A program made the translations under genes and the position numbers. A stretch of DNA of 64,000 nucleotides, taken from positions 24,525 through 88,524 of the forward strand of contig MNCI01002446.1 of the NCBI GenBank assembly GCA_015680685.1. Direction: 5' to 3'. The number at the start of each line of letters is the position of its first letter. The stretch's first letter is position 1. The notes under the pieces are model-generated. The model saw nothing but the letters and a program-made list of their open reading frames with translations, had not been told where the DNA came from and did not search any database. Origin of the DNA: Gnetum montanum (taxonomy: Eukaryota > Plantae > Gnetophyta). Of this stretch, positions 10,701 through 22,450 are shown piece by piece.

Positions 10701-13405
10701 GCAATACCACATGGGAGCAATTGATTTCCTTACGAACCTGTTGCCAGGCCAGCATTCGATTAAAGGCATCAAGCAAATTCTACCCAATCAAGTCTTCAAA
10801 TTCGTAGAAGAATTCGATGGGCCACCCATCTGGTCCTGGGGCTTTATCCGTCGGCATGGCCTGCATAGTGACATGGAGTTCGGCACGAGAGAAAGGTTGC
10901 ATGAGGCGCTAGTTGTCGGATGGGGTGAGGATCTCCAAGATAGAGAGGGAGATGGGATCCATGTTTTGCCATTTCCAGATCTGCTGCCAGTGGTGCAACA
11001 GGGTGTCCAAGCCATAATATGAGTTAGGTTGTTCCCCATTACCCAGGTCGTGAATTAGGCACTGTAATTGGTGGCGGGTTCCCTAGTGTGCCTTAGCAGT
11101 GAAAAAGAAGAATTTCGTATGTCTACCACTAGCCTTGAGCCACTGTATCTGAGCTCTTTGACACTAGTATTCCTCCTCTTCCTGGTCTAAGGTCTGCAGC
11201 TCCGCTAAGAAGGCGAGTTCCTCTTGAGCGAAATCAGCACCATGCTCTTGTTGGTTCTAGATGTCCTGTAGGTGTGATTGCAGTTGTGTCCTATACCCCC
11301 TAAAGTTGTACTTTTCCTCTACGGCTAGGGCCTTGATTTGACATTTGAGTGTCTGAAGATCGTTCTTGAGGAAATCATGCGGTTCTTGCATATCGTTATA
11401 CCTTGACCAGATGGACTGTAGGAGCTCACCCAGCCATGGCTTAGTTAGCCAGGTTCTTTCAAATCTGAACAGGCATGGGGCCCTAGAAACATCTATCATT
11501 AGGTGACAGATGATGGCTCTGTGATTTGAGGCCACGCGATCCCGACTAGAGACATGGACCTCCCATTCCAGCATTAGCACCGAGTTGACCCAAAACTTGT
11601 TGATGTGGGATTGCACCCAGGTAGCTCCCTGTCACCTGTTGCTCTATGTGTACCTGCATCCCTCATTCTCTAGGTCTATGAGGTCCGTACGGTGCATTAG
11701 GTCCATGCACTCTTGCACCCCCAAGGGCTCCGATGTGGAATCCCTGGACTTTTTCCACCGGTATAATCGTTGGTTAAAGTCCCCAATGAGGAGCCATCTG
11801 GACCCATGGGTTATCATCTCCGTCACCCGGGATAACTCCCAGATGCAATCCTGCCACACCTGGGCCCCGTAAACATTGGTGACCTAGACATTCGATCCCG
11901 ATAGGTGCATCATGATGCTCCAGTCTGATGCATCGAGCAGGGACGAGGCAGGCTTAGTGAGGACAGTGAGACCGCCAACTCATCCCCAGCTAGGCATTAG
12001 GTGACTACACCATCCATCCCAATGTAAAGCCTAATTTTTCGGTTGTCGTAATTTTGTCTCTTGGAGACACACCATGTTGCACCCCTCGGTGCACACCATT
12101 CTCTTCAAGGTATTTCTCTTATACAGGGTACCCTATCCCCGACAATTCTAGGATAGAATCTTCATGGAGAAATAGACAAGCATCTGTGATAAACCTCCCA
12201 GAGTGTGTGTTGCACTCCTAAGTCTATATCTAGTTGCATGGTTGTTTTCTAGGTGTGGGCATTGTCAGGATGTCCAACCTTGGGCGACATCTGGGTTACA
12301 TCAACCCCCTTCTCGCGTAGCACCCCTGGCACAACATCGAGCATTTTAGGCCACAATGAGCCCCTGCTAGTGGTGATCTACTCACTTGGCAGCAGCAGCT
12401 CTAGCCCCACCCATGATGTGCCCAACCCCCACATCTTAGGGGTGTTGGGTGAGCTAGCACAACCTACCCAGGCATCCAGACTAGACAAAGCACCACAAGA
12501 AGCTGATTGTCCTATTTTCTTGGCCGGTTGTCTTGGCCCGTAGCCATAGGTCCCCCTCACCGAGAGGCCCTAGATGTCCCTCCCCCCAGCCAGCCGAGGC
12601 CAAGAAGAACCACACTATTGTTACCTTTGGCCAGACCCTAGCTGGGGGCAGCCCCAACCCTGACCCGTGACACCCCTATGGGTTCCATCAAGCCCTTTTA
12701 TGCCACCTGTTCCTTCTTTCCAATGATCTTCCAGCCATCTTCTTCGAGCCCGGGTGTTGGGTGGCCCTTTTTAGCATGGTCGACCCCGACAATGATGCCC
12801 TCAAGCAAGGCCGAGGCTATAGGCAGTAGGTTTTTGAACTGTACTTGGATCCTTTCCTCCCCTAAGTCTGTTTCTAGCATGATTTCGTCCACATGGTCCT
12901 CAAAGCGTAGGGATCACCATACACAGAACCTTGCAAAACCTAAACGATTCATCCCCGTAGTGAACGGGTCAAATTTTATAAACGCGCCAAAGAGATCGGC
13001 CAGCGATTTCAGAAAGTCTGCCAACCAGTATTCAAGGGAGAGACCATGTAGTCACAACCAAATTGGTGCCTGCTCAAAAAGACCCTTATCTCGGTGTGCC
13101 CCTGAGCGCCAAGGGGCCAGTGCTAGCCCCCGTGCCCCATAAAACCAGGGCCCTTCCACTAGGACGTGCTCCATGTCCGTCACTGAGTCAAAGCAGAACA
13201 GGAGATGGTCATCAGCCAGGCTTTTGACCGTCATCGTGTCCAGCACCCAAATCTACCAGACCCATCGTCGAATCAAGTCCATCCGCAGCCATGCACCCTC
13301 TGACACGAACTTGCCGAGCAAGCTACGTTCTAACCATTCCAGGGTGCTGGCCATTGGGCAACCAAACTTTAGCCTCATCACCAAACCCTCGCGTGGGCAG
13401 GCCTC
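7766..13405 (-). mobile_element. Near full-length L1-clade LINE (L1-a), decayed: ORF1 (DUF4283-like) and ORF2 EN-RT-zf-RVT plus an extra C-terminal domain
   Basis: ORF1 VLVEGPWFYGARGLALAPW; ORF2 start MKILS*NCRG*G at ~12165; EN WLLIGDFNQ and ASNHRAI; RT FRPIGVCN, RQRDPLSTFLF, HYANDT; CPMC..H..HFVHEC finger; AATAAA and short A tail at ~7770; perfect 16-bp TSD ATCATGGATTTATACC at 7750-7765 and 13406-13421. Confidence 0.93.
8350..9030 (-). pseudogene. PMD / Transposase_32-like domain in frame with L1-a ORF2
   Basis: Reading through stops gives LWQMVS*MGWTTLL...VQPFYANWNREYTVFHRCQI*VTVDALVEAIGAPVMG...LSPAWQVVAVMVERYFIQLG...HFLFCKRIRAETPINLPHFLWESL, in the same frame as the zf-RVT. A homologous segment exists in L1-b. 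Confidence 0.7.
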
Positions 13406-15394
13406 ATCATGGATTTATACCTTTGAAAGATATAGAATTAAAATTTCTACTTGTATAAAAATAATTGTATGTTGTTGTTAAGACGCTAAAGAAGTTTCGT
13501 TACTATTTGTTAATGCTAAAGTTTTTATTATTGTTCCTGATTTAACCACTATTGGATTAGCAAAATTACAAGATCCTAGTAAAAAACATGCTAAGTAGGT
13601 TATGAAATTAGAAGAGTATGATATTTAATGGAAAGTAGCAAAACTGGTTAGAGGAACTAGTCTTGCCAAGTTAATAGTCAAAGCCTTAACTTTAGAAAAT
13701 TTTGATGTACCTAAAGATCAAGAATCAATACCTCTTCACATACTATCTATTCAAGAGGAAGATGATATCCCATTTTCTTCTAACCAATTACATGATCCAT
13801 GGTATGAAGATATTAACTTTTATTTAACCTTTCATCATTGTCCTTCATATTTGCCTAGATATAAAAGAAAGATATTATTATCTAAATGTTCTAAATACAC
13901 CTTGATTCATGGTAAGCTATTTAGAAACAATTTCTAAGAAATATATCTTAAATTTTTAGACCAAAAACAAGTTAATAATGCTTTAAAGAAAGTACATGAA
14001 GAGGGACATACAAGATATCATTCATTTATGCATAAAATTATGAGAGTAGATTACTATTAGCCTACTATGATCAATGATGCTTATAAATTTGTTAAAAAAA
14101 TTTGTATAATGTCAAACATTTAAGGGTAGAGAGCCAAAAAGTTGAGCTTCTTAATGACCTAGAATAGAAACTAGATCCTTCACACAATTAGCTTTAAATT
14201 TTATAGGAGTGATTAATTGCTCATCAATAACTCAACATAAGCTTATCTTAATAGCTACTGATTATTACATCCATTGGTTAGAAGCTAAAGCTACTAAAAC
14301 TATGATGTCTCATGAAGTTATTTGGTTTTTAGAAAATAATATAATTTCTAGATATGGATACCCTTACACTTTAGTAGTTGACAATGGACTCATTGCCATA
14401 TCACTAGAATTTATCAATATGGCTAGATAACACAACATTATTATTAAAGTCATAATTGAGTACTATCCCTAAGGTAATGGTTTAGTAGAATCATCTGATA
14501 AAATTATATTAGATGGGATTAAGAAAATGATAACTTAAAATCCTCACACATTGCATGAATAGTTGAAATGGATAGTATGGATTGATAGAATATATTATAA
14601 AGAGTTAATTAAAACTACATGATATGATCTAGTGTATGGACTAGAGCTGATTTTACCCATAAATCTACAAATTTCAAGGTATATTATTTGCCTACCAATG
14701 AGCATTTAATTTCATGCACATATAACATTTGGAGTTTAGATCTTAAAAGGATCAAAGGAGTTGAAAACCTATTTAATCATTAAAAAATTAGAAAAATATT
14801 ATTTAATAAGAAATATGCAACTAAATTTTTTAATGTAGGTAATATAGTCCTTAAAAGAGATAGAACATCTAGTTAAATAGGTCCTCAAAATAAGTTTTCT
14901 CCTATGTGATTATGTCCATATCAAGTCAAAGATGTCATTAGCACCAATGTTTACAATGTTGCATATCTGCAAAATTAACTTTGTATGAATTTTAATGCAT
15001 TTCATCTAAAGAATTTCTATTCTTGTGCTCCTTGTAAACACCTAGTAGATTTTTAGTTGTGCATTTTCTTCTCATTTCTCATATTTTTCATATGTATATA
15101 GTTGCATTTGCATTATTTTCTTTCCATTTTCATGGTAATTTCTATGCATATTTTGTTTTTCATGGCTTTTGCACTTATCATTATGATTAGATCTTTATGT
15201 ATGCCTTAACATGATTTTAATAATTGTTATGATCATCTAATTAGCTATGATTTGTGTTATCATAACACCCAAGTGACCTACTATGATGTCACCTAGTTCA
15301 TATTTAATGGCACTACACTATAGGAAAAGGTTTTGAAAGAATCTTATTCATTGGCAATATAGCTAATTGGCCAAACTAGTGTTGAAATTCCTAC

Positions 15395-15800
15395 TAATGA
15401 GCGATGAAGGTACCCCTACATCCAACTGTACAAATCACAAAGTGTTCACATGTGATCCGGTTGAATTTCGTGGACTCTTTAATTTCTAATGCACTAGTCT
15501 TCTAGGAAGTGAATCTTGCCCTAAGGTTGTTCGTTGTCTTCCCAATAACAGTTATGAAGTACAAAGGTATGGTTAAGTGTAATTGAGGTATATGATTTTT
15601 ATCATTTTATGTTTTATGATTTTGATGCTTAAAGAGAGAGATGAAGTAATTTAATGGTGAATTTAATTTAACTAACTAACTGGTCTCTAACTAGTCCTAA
15701 CATAAGCATTCGGTCCCACTTTCTGTACACATCCTGAACCCATGTATCCACTAATAGGTTACCAAGTGCTACACTACTGGGCACACCATGACACAAAATT
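15395..15800 (-). repeat. Truncated, diverged LTR of the same family as 812-1723
   Basis: Shared blocks AGGTACCCCTACA, TTCGTTGTCTTCCCA, GTATGGTTAAG, TGAGGTATATGATTTTT and ACTAACTAACT in the same order. Confidence 0.8.
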
Positions 15801-18800
15801 GAACACCATGACATGACTACATAAAAATAATTGGACAACACTTCCTTTGATGACATGAAGATGGTGGAGAAGATCAAATAGTCCCAGGTGATGGTGGCTC
15901 TTAAGGTTTTGAGGGACCATTACTGACTTCAGGCATGTGTGGTAGTTGAGACAACTGTGGCTATCCTGTTGCGCTCTAGTGGAAAGAAAAAGGCATCAAG
16001 TAGTGCCTTCATCTTCTCCTCCTTACTCTGGGGATCATTCACAGTCCACACGATATCACCAATGTCAGCGAGAATGGGGACATCCTGTGGATAGGGCATT
16101 ATCGGGAACATTTCCTTTATGTTGATAAACTAGGAAATGAACTATTTGCATTTGATATCAAATGTCCTAACTACGTTTTGCAACTTCTAGTAGTCATTCA
16201 TCCTCCTAGCCAGGTTCTCGGTAGTTGATCATTGATCTGTGAATCATGCCTTGAGAACTTCAAGTTCAACATTGGCCACCACAAGCTTATCCTTGGTGTC
16301 CTTGTACAATAAGTACGAGCTGGCCACCTGCTTCTCTAACTCTGACTATGACTATTTGGCAGTTAACATGGCTAGATTACATAATGAACATTGGCAAGCT
16401 CCATGTACTCCATCATCTCCTCAACCTACAACTCCTTCATGCAAATTTTCACTTTTTTGTAGGTGTCTATCCCATCAATAATGGGTTTCCATAACTCTTT
16501 TCGGTACTGGAGTTGCTAGAGGGTCTCATTTACCTTTTCCTTTGTCAACTAGATGTGCTTCTTATTTACTTATTTTTGTAGACCGACCTATTTTCTGTAA
16601 TGGTCCTTGACTCTCTCAAACTTAAGAGCCTCTAATTTCTAGGTGGATACCTCAATCATAGTTTTCTAGCGAAGGGCACAAACTTCCTCCATGGAGAGAT
16701 TTCTATTTTCTACTGCCAATCTCCTCGATTTTGTATTTTCTCTAACTAGCTACTCCTGCTATTAATGGATGAAATCTATTAACTATTGCTTATTGAAACA
16801 CCACAAACTTGGCAAATTTTTTCTAAGTATTGGTGCTATGCTCCCCAGCATAGCATACTTTGAGCCATGTTTTGCAAGATTTTTCTAAGTGTCAACAGCA
16901 ATTTCACAAAAAATATTTCTAAGTGTCCTACTACACTCTTAGTTTACCTGCTATGCTCCCCAACATAGCCAACGTAGCACACACTTCCATGGCCACTTTG
17001 CCCAAATTTTCAAGCTAGAAGTGGTCAAAGGTTGGTTAGGATGGACTAAAAATTTTGGCAAATTTTCTATCTTTTGGGTTGTCACGCTTGCTACACTCCC
17101 CAATGTACCTAGCTTGACACATGTCCTAGTTGCCAGTTTGCCCAAGTACCAGGCTAGAGGTTGTTAAAAGTGCTCAGGATGGACAAAACAATTTGGCAAA
17201 TTTTCTATCTTTTAAGTTGCTACGCTCCACAGCATAGCTAGCATGACTCAAGCTCAAGTGCCCAATTTTGCCTAAGTGTTGGACAAGGATCTGTCAGGTT
17301 AGCTTGACATGGAAGACACATTTGGCAAACTTCCTAACTTCTAAGGCTCCTTATCCTACTACACCCTAGAGTGTAGCCAACGTGCCATGAAGGAAAACTA
17401 TAGATTTCATCAAAATTTGGCTAAGTGTCCCTCCTACACTGTCCAGCATAGCCAACATAACCAATGTAAAAAAATCAAAATTTTCCAAATTTTCAATAAG
17501 TGTTGTGTTACACTCTAGAGCATACCCAGCTTAACACTGGAGAAAAGCCTTCGATAGCCTCCAGAACTTAACATTGGCCTTTGTCTCAACTTCGATGTCC
17601 CTCCGGCAGCCAAGATCAGCAATTTGCATTTCTTTTGTATCACCCATTAATCCCCAAAATTGTCTCTATGCTTGACCCTACTTGAAAGAGGGGGAAGACG
17701 TAGTCCTGGAGTGTAGTCTCCAAGTTGCATTATTTTGACACTATTTGCAAGTACATTGTGATCTCTTGGGCCCTGGCACATGCAGTGTGGGTAGTGTGGT
17801 CATAATTCCATAGTCTCTGGGTACCTGTTGTTGTCCTTCAGAGCATAACACTTTGTTACTCTCATAAGAGCATAACATGCCAGCATAACCCTATCTATGC
17901 TCACGCCACATGGCATCCATGCCATGTGGTGCCCAATTCGCTTTTCACACTAAACCCAACCCTATAAATACCCTGATGTCCAGCACTCTAGGGGTTGGCA
18001 AATCAAAAGATCCTTGAGAATTTTAGCTATCTAAGCATCCTCTACACTCCTGCATCTAAGCATCTGAACTTCACACCTTGGCAATTATCAAAATGCAGTC
18101 TACCATTGCACTCGCAGAGTGTGGCAATAGCCAACCCAGCAAGTTCAACTCCTATTACAGCCATTAGCACTACGTCCTAGACATCCTAGAGACTATGACC
18201 ATACTACTATGCTACCACTGTGCCTGCTTGATGTTGCGTAACATTCTCACCTCCTATCTAGCAAAAGTTACACTCCCCAGTTTTGGGGTAGTGCATTTCT
18301 TTGTTTTCAAGCTCTGTTTTAGTTCTTTCCTAAGCATTTTTCTTTAATATTAAGCATAACTCTTACATTTTTTCTACTGTTTAATACATATTTTCATGCT
18401 CACGTCACTATTTTCAAGTCGAGACTCTTTGCTACCCTCTTGCTTGCTATCCTAGTGTTTGCACGTAATGCTCTACAAACCCCTCTTATAAACAATCATT
18501 TTAACACCACGTAAGTCCTTGTCTGATTGACTAGACCATTCAAGGAACCTCATTTCTCTTTCCCAACATGACCCTTGCATAAATTTGGGGTTAGGCTATA
18601 TGCCCATCAACCTCTTGGTGTTCTAGCCACTGACATTTTCAAATGTCATGGTTTTTGGTGCTAGAAGAAGGGTCTCCTATTTCTTCTATGTTCAAGAATA
18701 GTCCCATGTGCTTTCTACACCTCTGTCACTAGTGGTAAGTTAGCGTAGAAGTAACATCCCTGTGACTTGCCATGGCGGTAGCTAGATCATAGGCCAGCAC

Positions 18801-21800
18801 AGGAGTTGTCTACATTTCGGTTGGTGTAGATTAGTCCCAATTGATGGTTTCCCTGGAACCTGATAGGACAAAAAGCCCAACTATGTCCATCGTGTCAAGC
18901 TTTGAGTGCTCTAGAGAGTATAACAACCCTTTAGAGCATAACAATCCCTCAAAGCATAATGAGCGTAATGCCTAAGTTAGTCACTTTTCATAACATTTCC
19001 AAAGTTAATCATTTTTAGCTTGTTTTCACGGCTTGCATACTTAGCCGTTTTTCCAATGTTTTCTACACTTAAATGTTTTGTTTTTAGCACCTTTCTTTCC
19101 TTACATTTTTTCACAAAACAAGTTGAATCTCACCAACACTTCAACCTTTGCCCTAAGCATGGAGGTAGCTCATCCCATTCAACAAATTGGAGACGTTGAG
19201 CAACCGCTCAGCCCTGTATGACCAAAACGACAATCACTCAAACTGCATAATCAATTTCTTGAATATAGGATGTTAGATGACAAACAATACAACTTTCTTT
19301 GTGCAAAGCTTCAAGCGGGCTTGTCATTAGATAGCTAGGAAATATAAGTAAAGTGCAATTTCAAAATAATTCATCAAAATAGGAGGGAGTTTCTTTCCAC
19401 CCTTGACACAGTCATCCCACTCACCAACACCTTTAGGTGGATCCTAGACCAACTTATTAGGGTGAGTGGGCCGAAAGAACAAGATGCAGTATCAATTTAT
19501 GATGAGCCCCTGTAGGATAGGCAAGAAGAGCCTAAGTCCCATTCAGACAGTGATGTTTCATTTTATGCCTTTGTCCAACAACCCACCTCCACTTTTGTGC
19601 CGCACTAGTCATAGCCCTCTTCCTTCTTTGAGGCAGTAGTGACACTTTCGCAACCTAAGTCTACACTTATGATAGCTAGCCACCAAGTCTTGCATGTGCA
19701 ACAAAGTGTAGGACCTTCTGCCACTCTCCCCTTTGTCATCTCCTCATAGTCCATGCAACCTTCCTTGTCAACATCCGTGATGCCAACACTACCATATGTG
19801 CACATGATTCCCATATCATAGCGGTAGATAGGTCATGTGCCCTTCATCCTAGCCATCTCAGTAGCATCACCAACGACAACCCAAGCCTCAATTGTGTGGT
19901 GGGTTGTGACCTCCGTGCCCATAGCATAGCTATAACACATGCCACAATACATGCAACAATAGACTCAACAAGCATCACATGTGGTGGCACAGCCCAAAAT
20001 AGGGTTGTGGGTAGCTCCGATGCCACCACCAATAGCATAGTCAACATAACCCTCTATGGCATCTCCAAGTTTGGACCAAGCATTCCAACTCATTCAAACT
20101 CTCACGAAGGAGGTTAGGAAACTTAAAGTGGCAAACTTAGAAATTGTCCATGTGATGGACTTTTATCAAGATGATCCCATCAATCCTACAGTTCCATTGC
20201 TAACACTGCCTCCTAGGGTCCAACTTCCCCAATTCATTAAATAAAATGATGAGGGGGATCCCAATGCCCACCTGGTAACTTTTTGTTTTGAGTGCATACT
20301 TTTGCAAGCATGGCCACATGCAATCATCCATGTCTTTTCCATGTCCCTGACTGGCAAGGCTCTCAATTGGTACAATGCACTCGTTAGAGCTTCCATTTCA
20401 ACTTTAGAGGAGCTGCTCAACCAATTTGTCACTCGCTTCAAGTATAACTTGAAGCCCATGGCTACCTTAGACTAGTTAATGAACATCAAACAAGGGGCAC
20501 TAGAGCTAATGCAAAAATTTATACAACGTTGGAGTGCTTCCCTCAAAGAAATTCGTGAGTTGATAACAAAAACTCATCTTTTGGCTATCTTTAAGGGTGT
20601 AATAAATGATTTTATTAAGTCAAAGTTGTACTACTTAGTCCCACATTCTCTCAGCCAAGCTTTTACTCAAACGAAGAGCATACAAGATGTGGTAGAATCC
20701 AATAAGGACTCAGCCTATGTGGCCTACAAAAATGCACATACAAAAAAGGACAAAGAAAAAGGAAAGGTGACAGCAACCATTGTAGCTATGGTTGATGAAG
20801 CTAAACCCAACAACACTAAGTTAATGACTAGGGCACCTAAAGCCCCAGCCAATAATAACAAGGCATCGGGTTCTAGCACCATAGGAACCAACCAACATGC
20901 ATCATCAACGGTCATAGGGCAAGCTTTCCACAGGTCAAACTTTGAGTGCAAGGATCACTCAAAGTACACCCCCTTGCCCATCAAGCTATCAGAGCTCTTA
21001 GACTAGTTGCTTAGTGCTGGGCGCATTCAACACAAACACATATTGGAGGACACACAAAAATGAGATGAGAGTTACTGTGAGGTCCTCAAAAACCCTTCTG
21101 CAGTTATGCCAAATGAGCCCCTGATCCCTAAAAACTTCAGATTAGACCAGTTCTACAACTACCACCAATTGAAAAGCCATGACACAAACTATTGCTTAGC
21201 ATTGAAAGATGACATTCAACACATGATTGATCAAGGCAAACTGTTCCTTGATGGAAGAAGTCTTGTATGGCCAGAAAACCAATCCATGAAGGTCTACAAG
21301 GACCCACTCAATGCCAGCAGTGTAGGTTACATTATCAATGCTATTAGCATTGATGATGACACAGAACTGGCACATGAACCATTTGTGGTTTGTGTGCCCT
21401 CTGATGACACTAGGACATCAACGTCGACTAGACCACAATCCCCTTTCATCATCAAAGCACCACCTTAGGTGCCCATCACATCCTTTGTCGTTAGGGCCTT
21501 GCAACATGTTGCAATGATGGCAACCCAAACACCTTTTATCATTAGGATGCTAAGATGTGTAGATCCCCCACCTACCTAGGGTTTGGTGGTGGGAACTACG
21601 TCACAACCTACCCACCTAAAATCATACTCTAAGAGACATGATGAGTGTCTTATTGAAAAAATTATCAGGGAACACATGGAGCTAGGTCCTCCTAAGCCCA
21701 CCCCCTTGCTAGCTGTCCCCATGGCCTCATCGTCTCAGGCCACAAACACAAATGCAAATAGTCAACAGACAAGTGCTGAGGCTCAAAGGCATGCTACACA

Positions 21801-22450
21801 ACCAAAGTTAAATCTCCTCCCTAGGAGATTTGTCTCTTGGGACGCATGAAGGAAGCAAAACCCTCCAAAAAAATAGATGGTGGAAAAGATTTCTTAGACA
21901 CACTGTCATAAGTTAAATAGGCTCTAAAACAAAAGAACACAACTTTGAGCCTATACAACTTGATTATGACCTCTCATACTCATTGCTAGGCTTTAGTTCG
22001 CATGCTAACATCTATTCTAGTTAAGGAAGATGTTCCAATAGATGAAAAAGCCATTAATGCTATAATGTTTCCACCCACAACCCAAGAGTCAAGGTCAACA
22101 CCCTTGACATTTCGTGATGAGGCAGTCAAGGTTGATCTTGAGAAGGGCCATGTGACTAGCGCATCCATGTTTATAATAATTCATGTAGGCCAATACAAAA
22201 TTCATAGGATGCACGTTGATGATGAGGTAGCAACCAATATCATCCCATTCCCTATCATCGACAAGCTTGGCCTAGTTGACCAGATCAGGCTGACAACAAC
22301 AATGTGCTTGAAATCCTTCAATGGAGTGTGTGTGTTGTTGTAAAAAGAATAATTACAATAGATTTTGTGGCAAGGGAGTAATTCCCTACTAACTCTGAAT
22401 TCATTGTGGTTGAAGAAATGCCAAGACCTCCCTAGGATTAGGTTGGGCAT
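15800..22450 (+). mobile_element. Tat/Ogre-like Ty3/gypsy remnant: 3' internal region with antisense ORF relics, PPT, LTR, PBS, gag-protease
   Basis: PPT GAAAGAGGGGGAAGA at 17684-17698; LTR ~17699-18650 with CTATAAATACCC; PBS at 18656; gag LPPRVQLPQFIK*NDEGDPNAHL; Ogre-type knuckle YHQLKSHDTNYCLALKDDIQ; decayed protease RMHVDDEVATNII. Confidence 0.8.
18656..18674 (+). promoter_or_regulatory. Primer binding site, tRNA-Asn (decayed)
   Basis: TGGTGCTAGAAGAAGGGTC versus the expected TGGCGCTAGAAGGAGGGGTC. Confidence 0.75.

Larger units (their letters stand above)
6970..15030 (+). mobile_element. Heavily decayed non-chromovirus Ty3/gypsy pol (RT-RNase H-integrase) interrupted by the L1 insertion
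   Basis: Right of the L1 the frame reads LKDIELKFLLV*K*LYVVVKTLKKFRYYLL (RNase H), then KLEEYDI*WKVAKLVRG, DPWYEDI, and integrase ILIATDYYIHWLEA / IISRYGYPYTLVVDNG / YYP*GNGLVES. The left flank is much more degraded. Confidence 0.75.

Noticed and set aside
8603-13481. Plus-strand ORFs of 95-154 aa
   Set aside because: Antisense shadows of the GC-rich L1 ORFs with no recognisable motifs.
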